Source: an uncultured Opitutaceae bacterium
GTDB taxonomy: Bacteria > Verrucomicrobiota > Verrucomicrobiia > Opitutales > Opitutaceae
Length of the DNA stretch: 53,995 nucleotides
Direction of reading: 5' to 3'
Assembly (NCBI GenBank): GCA_964517665.1
Contig: CAZFCY010000010.1
Span: 1,237 to 55,231 of the forward strand
Part shown: positions 10,134 through 19,788 of the stretch, in pieces
Position numbering within the stretch: position 1 is the first letter of the stretch
How the letters are laid out: each line of letters begins with the position of its first letter
Translations under genes and position numbers: made by a program
The notes under the pieces: generated by a model
The model's input: only the letters and a program-made list of their open reading frames with translations
The model's database searches: none
Told to the model about the DNA's origin: nothing

Positions 10134-10961
10134 TCAACCCGGAATCGGGGGCGAATCGAGGCCGCAAAGCTTCTGCCACCGTTGCACGACCGCCGCGAGC
10201 CGGTCGGGAATATCGGTGGGAAGCGCGGCCAGCTCGGCGAGTTCGACCTCGGCCCCGGCGCGGAGGCGCTTCCACGCGTCGTCGTTTTTCGACGCCGCTT
10301 CCGGATCCTTCTCGCGGGCATCGCGCAAGACCTTGTAAGCCGCGAGCCGGGCGAGGATGAGTTCGCGCTGGAGGGGATCGGTCCGGCCGATCTCGGTGCG
10401 CGCGCCGGCGAGGATGCGCCAGGCTCCGCTCTCGGAGGTGATCATTTGCTCCATGTCCTCGAGCGGCTTGCCCTGCTCCAGCGCGTCGCAGGCGGCTTGC
10501 AGGCGCATGACGCCCTCGAAGGCGCGAAAGAGCGCCCGGTCCTGCGCGTCGAGCGCGTCCTGGCCGGAGGCGCGCGCCCGGAGGGCGGAGGCGCGCGCGT
10601 CGTCCGTGCGGCCGAGGCGCCATTGGGCGAGCGTTTTCAGGACGAACGCGTCGCCGAGCCTGCCCTGGCGCTTGAGAGTGCTTTCCGCCTCCGCGGAGAG
10701 CCCTTCGAGATTGAAGATGACGGCGAGGTAATGCTGGCGCGCCTGCCAGGAGGGCAGGGGCGGCTGGGGCTCGCCCGTGGCCCGCGCGAGCACGGGACCG
10801 AAGAACACGTCCGGCGTCTCCACCCGCATCGCGCGCGCCATCGACTGGTGCGCCGCCTGCAGGAAATCACCCGTGGCGCAACCGGTCAGGATGACGAGCG
10901 CGCCCACCGCCGCGACGACGGTTGCCGCGATCGATCCGAGCCTGGCGCGGGGTGGGGGCAT
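10134..10961 (-). CDS. hypothetical lipoprotein (helical, TPR-like)
   Basis: Hydrophobic leader with lipobox LTG-C; the long N-terminal part of the listed ORF is a shadow of neighbouring genes. Confidence 0.65.
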   Translation of the reverse strand: MPPPRARLGSIAATVVAAVGALVILTGCATGDFLQAAHQSMARAMRVETPDVFFGPVLARATGEPQPPLPSWQARQHYLAVIFNLEGLSAEAESTLKRQGRLGDAFVLKTLAQWRLGRTDDARASALRARASGQDALDAQDRALFRAFEGVMRLQAACDALEQGKPLEDMEQMITSESGAWRILAGARTEIGRTDPLQRELILARLAAYKVLRDAREKDPEAASKNDDAWKRLRAGAEVELAELAALPTDIPDRLAAVVQRWQKLCGLDSPPIPG

Positions 10962-11041
10962 GCCGGAAGAATGGGCCAGAGATAACGCCTGCCCGCCCGC
11001 GCGCAACGCGCTTCCTCGACCCCGCGGAGAAAACGCCCCCT

Positions 11042-11200
11042 TCATTTTTTCAAGACGATCCAGAGCGCGTGGACGACGCCCGGAATCCAGAAGACGAGCG
11101 TGAGGATGATGTTGATCAAGAAGTCCCGGCCGATGCCCTGCTTGAGCGCAACACCGACGGGAGGAAGAATGATGGCGAGGATGATCTGGAGGATTTGCAT
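11042..11200 (-). CDS. YqaE/Pmp3-family small membrane protein
   Basis: IILAIILPPVGV...INIILTLVFWIPGVVHALW. Confidence 0.93.
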   Translation of the reverse strand: MQILQIILAIILPPVGVALKQGIGRDFLINIILTLVFWIPGVVHALWIVLKK

Positions 11201-11351
11201 GAGCAGTGAGGACAGGATGACAAAGCGCGGCGTCGAAGGGGGGCTTTTCGCCGACGCCAAGCATTTGGCCCGATCGGGCGCGTTCGGCAACGGCAAACGC
11301 GGCCTCTTGCGCCGGGAGGCGGTCTCCGGTTAACCTCCGCGCCTTTTCACC

Positions 11352-11837
11352 ATGCCATCCTTCGACATCACCTGCGAGGTCGACCGCAACGAGGTCAAGA
11401 ACGCCACCAATCAAGTCCGCAAGGAGCTGCAGACGCGCTTCGATTTCAAGGGCGTGAAATGGGAGATGACCGAGGAGAAAAACACGATCACGCTTTCCGC
11501 CGAATCCGATTTCCGGCTGCGCGCCGTGCTCGAGATCCTGCGCGACAAACTCGCCCGCCGCGGCGTGAATCCGAAAAACGTGGACGAGGGCAGGATCGAA
11601 ATCTCCTCCGCCGGCCGCGCGAGGCAGGTGTTGACCCTGAAGGAGGGAATCCCGGCCGACGTCGCGAAGACGATCACGACCTCCCTCCGCGGCTCCGGCA
11701 TGAAACTGCAGGCGACGGTCGAGGCCGGAAAGGTCCGCGTGACCGGCAAGAAACGCGACGACCTTCAGGCGGCGATCGCGCATGTCCGCGGACTCGATCT
11801 GCCGCTTGCGGTGGAGTTCGGCAACTTCCGCGAGTGA
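11352..11837 (+). CDS. yajQ: YajQ-family cyclic-di-GMP/nucleotide-binding protein
   Basis: MPSFDI, RFDFKG, VRVTGKKRDDLQ, FGNFRE. Confidence 0.97.
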   Translation: MPSFDITCEVDRNEVKNATNQVRKELQTRFDFKGVKWEMTEEKNTITLSAESDFRLRAVLEILRDKLARRGVNPKNVDEGRIEISSAGRARQVLTLKEGIPADVAKTITTSLRGSGMKLQATVEAGKVRVTGKKRDDLQAAIAHVRGLDLPLAVEFGNFRE

Positions 11838-13000
11838 ACGGCGCGCCCGCAGCTTCCTCGGCCGCCGGCGCGCGCCCGGCGTGGATCCGGCCGTTGCGCT
11901 TCGGCGCGCTCGAGCTGCGCGCGAATCTCTTCCTGTCTCCACTCGCTGGATACACGAATCTGCCCTTCCGCCTGACCGTGCGCGGGCTCGGCGGGCTCGA
12001 CCTCTGCACGACGGATCTCGTCAACGTGCGCTCGCTCCTGCGGCGCAATCCCGTGGCGCTGAAGCTTGTCGCCACCTGCGCGGAGGATTCGCCGCTCTCG
12101 GTCCAGCTCTTCGGCGCGGACCCGGTCGAGATGCGCGACGGCGCGCAGATGCTCGAGGCGATGGGGATCGCCTCGATCGACATCAACATGGGCTGCCCCG
12201 TCGACAAGGTCGTCCGGACCGGCAGCGGTTCGCTGCTCATGACCTCCCACGCCCAGGCCGCGGCTCTGGTCGAGGCCATGGCCGCCGGTGTCCGGATTCC
12301 GGTGACGGCCAAGATGCGGCTCGGCTGGGATCGAAATGAACTCACCGCGCCCGACCTTGCGCGGCGCCTCGAGGACGCGGGCGCGTCCGCCATCTTCGTG
12401 CACGGACGCACCCGCGCCCAGGGGTTTTCCGGCCGCGTCGATCTCGCCGGCATCCGCGCTGTCGTCGCCGCCGTGCGGCGCGTGCCTGTGATCGGCAACG
12501 GCGATGTCACCACGCCCGCGGCGGCCCGGCGGATGTTCGAGGAAACCGGTTGCTCCGGCGTGAGCATCGGCCGCGGGGCGTTCTACAATCCATGGATCTT
12601 CACGCAGACGATCCAGTTTCTGGATACAGGCGTCGAGCCGCCCGAGGCCGGGTTCGAGGATCGTGTGGCGGTGATGCGCGCGCACCTCGACCACATGATC
12701 GCCTTTTTCGGCGAACAGAAGGGATGCCTCCTCTTTCGCAAGATCGGCCCGTGGTATGTGCGGCGGATCGGGCCGTCGTCGTTCTTTCGCCGCAGGATTT
12801 TCGGCCTCGTCTCCCGCGCCGGCTTCGACGAGCTGGTGGCGGGCTTTCGCGAATGGCGCCGGCAATTCCTCGACGACGAAGGCGGCTTGCAGGAACGCTT
12901 CCGTCCCGCCCCCGCTCGCGTCTTCTTTGTCGGCGATGAGGCGGACACCGACGAGGAGCCCCGCATCCCCGTCCCCAAGGGCCCGATCGCCGTCTGGTAA
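11834..13000 (+). CDS. dusB: tRNA-dihydrouridine synthase B
   Basis: LSPLAGYTN, VQLFG, IDINMGCPV, VHGRTRAQ, IGNGDV, IGRGA; GTG start overlaps the yajQ stop. Confidence 0.92.
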   Translation: MNGAPAASSAAGARPAWIRPLRFGALELRANLFLSPLAGYTNLPFRLTVRGLGGLDLCTTDLVNVRSLLRRNPVALKLVATCAEDSPLSVQLFGADPVEMRDGAQMLEAMGIASIDINMGCPVDKVVRTGSGSLLMTSHAQAAALVEAMAAGVRIPVTAKMRLGWDRNELTAPDLARRLEDAGASAIFVHGRTRAQGFSGRVDLAGIRAVVAAVRRVPVIGNGDVTTPAAARRMFEETGCSGVSIGRGAFYNPWIFTQTIQFLDTGVEPPEAGFEDRVAVMRAHLDHMIAFFGEQKGCLLFRKIGPWYVRRIGPSSFFRRRIFGLVSRAGFDELVAGFREWRRQFLDDEGGLQERFRPAPARVFFVGDEADTDEEPRIPVPKGPIAVW

Positions 13001-13020
13001 TATGACCCCCGCGCCCTCCT

Positions 13021-13062
13021 GAAGCCGGGATTTTGTCGCGTACGTTACAAAATTACGGCTTT
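13021..13062. repeat. 42-bp dispersed palindromic element, copy 1
   Basis: GAAGCC GGGATTT TGTCGCGTACGTTACA AAATTAC GGCTTT; 20 bp after the dusB stop. Confidence 0.9.
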
Positions 13063-13202
13063 TGTGGAGGCACAGAGGCGTGTTTCGGCTGGAGGCTCGC
13101 AGGGGACGCATTACAAACCGGCGGTTCACTCATGAGAAGATTCGATGGCTCCCCGTACCGAATATTGTATTTTGCGCGGGGCTTTGCCGGATCAAACAAG
13201 GT

Positions 13203-13439
13203 ATGTATCGTGCCGATGTGATGGAGATGCGCGAAGTGCAACCCGGCGCTTACTGGCTGGCTTTCGGCGGATACACCTCCCTGGGGTATCTGGCCTTGGT
13301 CATTCACCGCTGGATTTTCGTTCCGGGCCTCGAAGGAAACGGCTCGGCCGGGCAGATCGCGTTGGTGATGGTGAATCTGCTCGCGGGATCCTGGTGTTTT
13401 CTGAGCGCCTTGCGCGTCGTGCGGACGGTCACGCGCTGA
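13203..13439 (+). CDS. hypothetical small two-TM membrane protein
   Basis: Two hydrophobic stretches; fills an otherwise empty gap; start uncertain. Confidence 0.45.
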   Translation: MYRADVMEMREVQPGAYWLAFGGYTSLGYLALVIHRWIFVPGLEGNGSAGQIALVMVNLLAGSWCFLSALRVVRTVTR

Positions 13440-13479
13440 TCCGCGCGCCGGGCGGGCGCGGCCCGCCGGCGGTGTTTGT

Positions 13480-14370
13480 TTATTCGGATTCGAGGCGGAT
13501 TGCGGCCACGAGTTCGTGAACCTGCCCCGGGGCAATGACAGCGCTGTTTCCCGCGGCGATCGCGGTTTCGACGCAGACCATCGACGGCCATTGGTCTTCG
13601 CCCAGGTCGCGCATATCCCGGGCGCGCTCGATCCATGGATTCCAGACGACCGTCGCGAGCGAGCCCTGCTTGCCGATGACGATTCGACGCTTCCAACCCG
13701 GGTCCACGATTGTGCAGGCGGCGGGAGTGTCGAGATAGAGCCGGTCGGTCTCGCCGGTGAAGCGGATGGGCGCGCCGTCCTGCGTTTTCCGCGCAAAGCC
13801 TTCGGTCTTGTCGAGATAGTCGGTGTTTTCGAGTCCGAGGACGTGGATGTCTCGCACATCCGAGACGGCGAAGTAGGTGTGAAGCGCGGCCTCGAACGGC
13901 AGGGGCGTCTCGCCGGTGTTCTGGATGGCGAGCCGCATCGTCAACCCGCTCGCAGCCATCACATCGAAGTGGATGAGGAACGGATGCGACCAATCCTTCC
14001 AGCCCGCGTCTCCGTGCGTGAGTTCGAACTGCAAGCGGGCTCCGCCTTCCGCCGTGATCGCGGCATCGCGGACCCGCCACGGCGCCGTGCGGACGAACCC
14101 GTGCGCGGGCGCGGCGGCGTCGCCGGCCCGCGATCCGAACCAGGGGAAGATCAACGGCACGCCTCCGCGAATCGCCTTTTCCGGCGCGAAGGCGCTGCGT
14201 TCGCTCATGAAAAGCACGGGGCGCTCGCCGGCGGGAAGCCAGGACATGAGATGCGCGCCCTGGAGCGCGGCTTCGATCGTCGCGGCGGCGCCTTCGAGCC
14301 GAAGGCATTCCAGCGCTCCGCGGGAGAAACGGCTGACGCCTTCGGTGTTCGGGATGTTGTGGTCTGGCAT
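13480..14370 (-). CDS. D-hexose-6-phosphate mutarotase (YeaD-like, aldose epimerase family)
   Basis: QGAHLMSW, KAIRGGVPLIFPWFG, HGFVR, ALHTYF, ETDRLY, TVVWNPW, MVCVE. Confidence 0.93.
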   Translation of the reverse strand: MPDHNIPNTEGVSRFSRGALECLRLEGAAATIEAALQGAHLMSWLPAGERPVLFMSERSAFAPEKAIRGGVPLIFPWFGSRAGDAAAPAHGFVRTAPWRVRDAAITAEGGARLQFELTHGDAGWKDWSHPFLIHFDVMAASGLTMRLAIQNTGETPLPFEAALHTYFAVSDVRDIHVLGLENTDYLDKTEGFARKTQDGAPIRFTGETDRLYLDTPAACTIVDPGWKRRIVIGKQGSLATVVWNPWIERARDMRDLGEDQWPSMVCVETAIAAGNSAVIAPGQVHELVAAIRLESE

Positions 14371-14511
14371 CGCGCGCATGGGATGGCTGGATCTTCGCCG
14401 GGAGCGATGAAGGGGCAATTCCCGACAGGCGCCGGACCGCGGAAAATTTCGAGGCGCCGGCATTTTACGGTGCAACCCACCCCTTGGCGGCCGATGGAGA
14501 ATTGCCCCCGC

Positions 14512-15396
14512 ATGTCGTCCCAACACGCGATGCATCCGATCCCCGCGCGTCCCGCCCTGGCTGAATTGCTCGCGGGTGTATCCAGGATTTCAGGACACCG
14601 GCAGGTGCTCATCCGGCTGAACTGGATGCTGGAGGATGAGATGCGCGGAGCCGGGGATCTCGTGGACCTGCTGCGCATGGACCCGGGGCTTTCCGCGCGG
14701 GTCATCTCGGCCGCCAACACGGCGCTGTTTCGCGGCGGAAGCCCGGTGTCGGGCGTCGAGGAGGCGGTCGTGCGGATCGGAGTCTGGGAGATTCGCAGGC
14801 TGCTCCTGAGTTCGATCATGCGGGAGATGACGCTCGGCGCGCTCAAGATCTATCACCTCGCGCCCGGAGCCCTTTGGAACCGGTCGCTGTTGACCGCGCT
14901 TGCGATGGAAGCGCTCGCGGCCGCGGCCGGCCGGAGCCCGGACGCGTGCTACACCACCGGCCTCCTGCATTGCGCGGGCATGATCGTGATCGACCGCTGG
15001 CTGACCGAAAAGTCTCCGTTCCGGCTGCCGCGGATCGATCCCGATGATCCGCTTGCCGCGGAGCGCGAGCGGGAGCTTCTGGGCTGGACCAGCGACGAGG
15101 CCGGCGCTGCGCTGCTGGAGTCGTGGAAGTTTTCCGGCGGGATGATCGCGGCCATCCGCCATCATCGCGCGCCGGAGCAGGCGGGCGAGGCGGAGCCGAT
15201 GGCCGCGCTTCTGCAACTGGCGCGATGGCACGCCCGCGCCGTGGAGGCGGCGGAGGCTTTGGCGCGGCCGTATCCAGAAAATCCCGACAGCGCGGTGATC
15301 GCCGCGGCGGGGATCGATGCGGCGGAGTTCGGCTCGCTTCTGCCGCTGGTGCGGCAGCGTTTCGTCGAGCACAAGGCGACCGTCGGCGCGATCTGA
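14512..15396 (+). CDS. stand-alone HDOD-domain protein
   Basis: DPGLSARVISAANTA, VEEAVVRIG, YTTGLLH, LLESWKFS..MIAAIRHH. Confidence 0.88.
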   Translation: MSSQHAMHPIPARPALAELLAGVSRISGHRQVLIRLNWMLEDEMRGAGDLVDLLRMDPGLSARVISAANTALFRGGSPVSGVEEAVVRIGVWEIRRLLLSSIMREMTLGALKIYHLAPGALWNRSLLTALAMEALAAAAGRSPDACYTTGLLHCAGMIVIDRWLTEKSPFRLPRIDPDDPLAAERERELLGWTSDEAGAALLESWKFSGGMIAAIRHHRAPEQAGEAEPMAALLQLARWHARAVEAAEALARPYPENPDSAVIAAAGIDAAEFGSLLPLVRQRFVEHKATVGAI

Positions 15397-15414
15397 GTCG
15401 CGGCCGCGGTCGGA

Positions 15415-16038
15415 TCAGATTTTTTCCAGGCGCGCGAGGAACAGCCGCAGGTCCGCCGTGACCTGGGCGAGGTCCGCCTCGGGAGTCGAGAGCCGGAAGA
15501 GCACCGCGCGCGCGTCGTCCGCGGCGAGCAGGCGCCGCTCGACCGTGAAGCCCTGTCCATCCGCGGAAGGCCGGCGCAGGACGACCTCGCGCGTAGGCAT
15601 TCCCAGCGCGCGGGGCGCGCCAACCCCGTCCGCCGAATCATGCGTCTCCAGAATCTGGATACTGCCGCCGGATTCATCGACGAGAGCCCGGAGGTGGCTC
15701 GCCCAACTGCGCGCGCTCACCGGCGCATCGATCCTCGGGATCACGCAGATCGTGACGCTTGCGCCGGGCACGCTGCGGTGTCGCAAAACCAGCGCTTCGC
15801 CGGACCCGCCATCCCGCGGGATCCAGGCCGCGAATGTATCCGTGAGGAACGCCAGGCTGGAATTGCGGAAGACCACGACGCCGAGCCGAACCCCGTCGAA
15901 TACGCGATCCTGGTGCACGATGGAGAAACCACTCCCGCAAGGCAGCGCCGCCGCGAGTCTGGGTGTGGCGCCGGGCCAGGCGAGTCCGGCGAAAGCGATG
16001 GCGGTCGCAGGGAGAAGTCGGCGGCGTAATGCTGCCAT
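15415..16038 (-). CDS. hypothetical exported protein, last gene of the pilin cassette
   Basis: Basic/hydrophobic leader; starts 13 bp after the PilX-like stop on the same strand. Confidence 0.55.
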   Translation of the reverse strand: MAALRRRLLPATAIAFAGLAWPGATPRLAAALPCGSGFSIVHQDRVFDGVRLGVVVFRNSSLAFLTDTFAAWIPRDGGSGEALVLRHRSVPGASVTICVIPRIDAPVSARSWASHLRALVDESGGSIQILETHDSADGVGAPRALGMPTREVVLRRPSADGQGFTVERRLLAADDARAVLFRLSTPEADLAQVTADLRLFLARLEKI

Positions 16039-16051
16039 GGCGCGAGAGATC

Positions 16052-18364
16052 TCAGTTCAGCTTCAGCTCGGCGAGCCGGTTCTCGTATTCCGCCTGGGTG
16101 AGGCTTCGGTAGGCGAGCCGGCGATAGCTGCGGGACAGGAGGCGACCGGGAGGGAATATTCCCTCTTCGAACAGCTTGTTGAAGCCCCAGACACGCACGG
16201 GCGGATTATATACATCCGAAGAGGGCCAGGCTTCGGTTGCGATCTCGCTTTCGAAGAGAGCGACCATGCTGCCTCGATAGCCGAATTTCACACCGGTCCA
16301 TTTCTCGAGAAAGCGGGGGAAGTTCTCCACGCCGCCACTGTAAGTGTTGTTGTTTTTGCGATTCGTCGGCACGATTCCCGCGACGATTCCGGCGGCGACC
16401 TCCGTCTGGGTGGCTACGCGACTGCTGGGGGCGCTGTCGCTTTTTTCGTCCTCCCATGCGTTGGAAAGGATCGTGACCGCGTCGGCGATGACGGCGGCCG
16501 GCGGCTCGTTCTCGGTGTCGGGCTCGCGAATCTTGGCGGCGTCGGCGGCGATGACGCCATCCGCGTTGTAGTTGCCCCATATATAAGCGGGGACGTTGGT
16601 GGCGAGGGTGAACCCGCCATCCTTGCCCACCTCGCGCTCGAGGTTCGGGATGGAGCCGCCATTCTTCAATCGCACGCCGCCGTTGTCCGTGTTCGCCATC
16701 TCGACATAGACGATGCCGTTCCATTCCGTTTTCGGAGTGAACGTGGCGCTGACGCCGGTCAGGCTCCATTTCGCGGCCAGCGTTTCGTTCTCGATCAATT
16801 CCTTCAGGACACCGACGTCGATATCGAGAACCTGAATGGACTTGCCGCGCCTCTTGTCGGTGAACCTTTTTTCCGCCTTCCCCCCGACGATCAGCTCTTT
16901 CGTTGTTCCATCCTCCATATCGATGGACGGTATTGCGAGTTCCTTGCGCTCGTAACTGGCCGGACCGGCGCCGGTGTCGCGACGATACGGGCCGTCGGTT
17001 TTCGGCTCGTATTTATATATTTTTGGGGCGCCGTTGCTCGCCACGGTGATGACGAGGCACGCCTTGGTCGCGAACTTTTCGGTCTCGGCTTCGTCGCCGG
17101 GGTAGCTGGAAGAGCCGACGTGGACGGCGGGGGCGATATAAATATAGGCCGAGTTGCGCAACTCGGAGTCGGTGGTGAGCGGATCGTCGGGGACGTAGGG
17201 CGGGATGCCGGCCGGGTTCGCCTTCATGGTGCCGTGGACGGAACTCATGACGTTGCTTTCCCACAGTTGGGAGGCCTTTTCCGCCCAATTGCTCCTGGTC
17301 GAATCGATCCAGATGCCGTCCTGCAACATCGGCACGAATGTTCCGTTGCCGTCGGCGAACTGCACCGCGGCGAAATCCTTGCTGGACGATGATCCGGGCT
17401 TGCGCCCGTGAAGCATTCTTCCGGCGGTCGAGGTGACGTCCTTGAACGTGATACCCTTGGCCGACTGGACGTAGAGGTCCCCGTTGGCATGCACCGGCCC
17501 GGTGATGTTCATGGGCTCGCCCGGCGCGATTTCCATGTCCATGTTGTAGAAGATGGCGTAGGCGAAGAGCGGCGCGTCGCGGATCTGGATCACCTGTTCG
17601 GCGAATCCACGAACGTTCTGGTTGGTTGGGATGTCGTGCGCGGTGGCGGCGGCGAGGACGGAAAGTTCACGGAGAAATATCTTCTGCCCCCGCAACGGGT
17701 CTTCGGAATAGAGCGGGCTCGAAGCGGTGACGACTTCGAAGCGGATCCCCGAGAAGGAGGACGCAAAAACGCCGTCCGCGGTGGATGTCGTGGTCTTCGG
17801 CGGGAGTGTGCCGTCGTCGTCGCCTGGATTTTCTCCACCCCCCGTGCCTTCGGCGCCTGTGCCGCCTGCGCCTCCACCTCCACCCGCACCGCCCCCACCG
17901 AGGCCGAGAATCCCTCCGCCACCGCCGAGGAGTCCACCGCCGCCGGCACCTTCACCCCCGCCGATTCCGAGCAATCCGCCAACGCCACCGAGGAGTCCGT
18001 CGCCAAGCCCGAGATTGAGTCCGAGGATGCCCGAGTTCGCCGCTTCCTCGACGAGGTTGACGAGGCCGTTTGCGAGCGTCGCGTCGGTCGGCGCAGCCGG
18101 CGGACTGTTGGAGGGCGTGAATTCGTCCTGATCGACGTTAGTCTGGTATTCGAGGCGCGAGCGGATCTGGGCGGCAGCGTATTCGCTCACGGCTTCGGCG
18201 GCGTATTTCGCCTTGATCGAGAGCATGTGCCGGCGCGAGACACGCTTTTCGCTTTCGACCCATTTCAACAACCCCACGAGCACGAGCGTGATGGCGAGGG
18301 CGATGATCAACGTGGCTCCGAGCACGGAGCCGCGTTTCGAACAGGACAGGGGGGAGGTGGTCAT
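16052..18364 (-). CDS. large PilX/HpsA-like minor pilin-associated protein
   Basis: Class III-like leader KRG|SVLGATLII lacking Glu5 (PilX/GspK trait); AKYAAEA; LFAYAIFY..MEIAPG..GPVHANG; C-terminal GGVENFPRFLEKW...YNPPVRVWGF. Confidence 0.8.
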   Translation of the reverse strand: MTTSPLSCSKRGSVLGATLIIALAITLVLVGLLKWVESEKRVSRRHMLSIKAKYAAEAVSEYAAAQIRSRLEYQTNVDQDEFTPSNSPPAAPTDATLANGLVNLVEEAANSGILGLNLGLGDGLLGGVGGLLGIGGGEGAGGGGLLGGGGGILGLGGGGAGGGGGAGGTGAEGTGGGENPGDDDGTLPPKTTTSTADGVFASSFSGIRFEVVTASSPLYSEDPLRGQKIFLRELSVLAAATAHDIPTNQNVRGFAEQVIQIRDAPLFAYAIFYNMDMEIAPGEPMNITGPVHANGDLYVQSAKGITFKDVTSTAGRMLHGRKPGSSSSKDFAAVQFADGNGTFVPMLQDGIWIDSTRSNWAEKASQLWESNVMSSVHGTMKANPAGIPPYVPDDPLTTDSELRNSAYIYIAPAVHVGSSSYPGDEAETEKFATKACLVITVASNGAPKIYKYEPKTDGPYRRDTGAGPASYERKELAIPSIDMEDGTTKELIVGGKAEKRFTDKRRGKSIQVLDIDVGVLKELIENETLAAKWSLTGVSATFTPKTEWNGIVYVEMANTDNGGVRLKNGGSIPNLEREVGKDGGFTLATNVPAYIWGNYNADGVIAADAAKIREPDTENEPPAAVIADAVTILSNAWEDEKSDSAPSSRVATQTEVAAGIVAGIVPTNRKNNNTYSGGVENFPRFLEKWTGVKFGYRGSMVALFESEIATEAWPSSDVYNPPVRVWGFNKLFEEGIFPPGRLLSRSYRRLAYRSLTQAEYENRLAELKLN

Positions 18365-18366
18365 GG

Positions 18367-19014
18367 TCAGCTCCGGGTGGAAAGCGTGCATTGCACGAAT
18401 TCGGTCCGCCCGCGCTTGATCGGCCCGGAGGCGCCGAATTCACCGCGCATCGATACGGCGCGGTCGCGCACCGAGCGGAAGAGGTTGTCCGACTCCGGCA
18501 GGGTGACGGCGCGCGTGATGGCCCGGTGCGTTCCGGCCGTGTTCGGAGGGGGCAGGATGTCGGCGGCAAGTTTGCCGTCCTTGGAATCGTGGCGGTAGAG
18601 CATCCACTCGTCTTTCGCGGTTTCGATCAGGTAATAGCCAATCGTGCGCGTGATCTTCTCCGAAACGCTGACTTCCTGCAGGACGAGGTAGTTGCCGATC
18701 TTGTTGCCCTTTTCGTCGTACTGGAGCTCTTCGCGTTCGTCGAAGGAAGGGTAGATCCTGAGCGTCTGCGCGTTGCGGACATCCTCGGCGAGGCGGAAGA
18801 CGAGTTCGCGCGTGGAGCGCGTGTGCTCGAGCGTCTCGGCCGCTTTCAGCGCGAGCGATGTCGATTCAAGCCATTGGGAGAGGATGGCCGCCATGAGCAG
18901 GCCGGAGATGACCAGCGCGGCGGCGATTTCCGGAAGCGTGAGGCCCCGCGCGCGCGGATGGAGCAGGGCGGCCGGCGTCGCGGATGGGGAGCGGGGCGTG
19001 GGATCGTCGGCCAT
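18367..19014 (-). CDS. prepilin-type N-terminal cleavage protein (PilW/PulJ-like)
   Basis: RG|LTLPEIAAALVISGLLMAAI; LAEDVRNA. Confidence 0.85.
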   Translation of the reverse strand: MADDPTPRSPSATPAALLHPRARGLTLPEIAAALVISGLLMAAILSQWLESTSLALKAAETLEHTRSTRELVFRLAEDVRNAQTLRIYPSFDEREELQYDEKGNKIGNYLVLQEVSVSEKITRTIGYYLIETAKDEWMLYRHDSKDGKLAADILPPPNTAGTHRAITRAVTLPESDNLFRSVRDRAVSMRGEFGASGPIKRGRTEFVQCTLSTRS

Positions 19015-19020
19015 GTTCGT

Positions 19021-19575
19021 TCAGTAGGCGGAAACGGGGGAGCGGATGAGCGTGATCGAGTCCTCGCGCGTGCGCGGAGTGAAGAACGAGTGCTCCTCCC
19101 AACTGTAGCGCACGATGATCTGGGCGCAGCGCACGCCGGAGGCGTCGTCGCTCATCGTGATCTTCGGCATGATGGACAGGATCAGGTCGTCGGCCGTGTT
19201 GGCCGGAGTGTTGTGCACATCGTCGGTCCGGCTGTTCCATGCGCCGACCATGAGGCTGCCATCCGGGCTGGAGGGCACGTCGACCGGCAGGCTGGCGAGC
19301 GTGAGGGCGTCGTAGTCGAGCACGAGGATCTGCTCCGCGATCGAGCGCGCGGTTTCCATGGCCGTGACCGCGCGCATGTTCGAATCGGCGAGGCGCCAGG
19401 AAAAAAGGATGGCCGACAACGCCGAGAGGGCGGCCATGCCGATGATGAGGAAACCGATCATGACTTCGACCAGCGTCATGCCTTTCGAGGCGGACTTCGA
19501 TCGATTGATGGCGCCTTCGCTTCGCGCCTGCGGGCGTCGGGGCCGGCTTCTTTGATGTTTTATTGAAGGCTCCAC
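19021..19575 (-). CDS. prepilin-type N-terminal cleavage protein (PilV/PulI-like)
   Basis: KG|MTLVEVMIGFLIIGMAALS; ARSIAEQI; IVRYSW. Confidence 0.88.
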   Translation of the reverse strand: MEPSIKHQRSRPRRPQARSEGAINRSKSASKGMTLVEVMIGFLIIGMAALSALSAILFSWRLADSNMRAVTAMETARSIAEQILVLDYDALTLASLPVDVPSSPDGSLMVGAWNSRTDDVHNTPANTADDLILSIMPKITMSDDASGVRCAQIIVRYSWEEHSFFTPRTREDSITLIRSPVSAY

Positions 19576-19788
19576 GTGAGAAGACTCTATCGGCAGCGCG
19601 TTTGGGAAATGCAGTCGCCCCGGCCCCTTTTCATTTCCATCGGGCGAAGGTTCCGCCGCCGGCCTTGTCCAGGCCTTTCGCCTCTTCCGTTCTTCGCGGC
19701 TCGCCTTGCGCAGCCCTCCTCCGCCGGCGAGCCATTGCGGAATCCGGGATTAAGCGGAACCGCCGCGGGCCGAATGCCATGAGTAATC

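Noticed and set aside
14512..15396. HDOD motif GLLHCAG instead of GLLHDIG
   Set aside because: HDOD domains are commonly degenerate and non-catalytic, so this alone is not informative.
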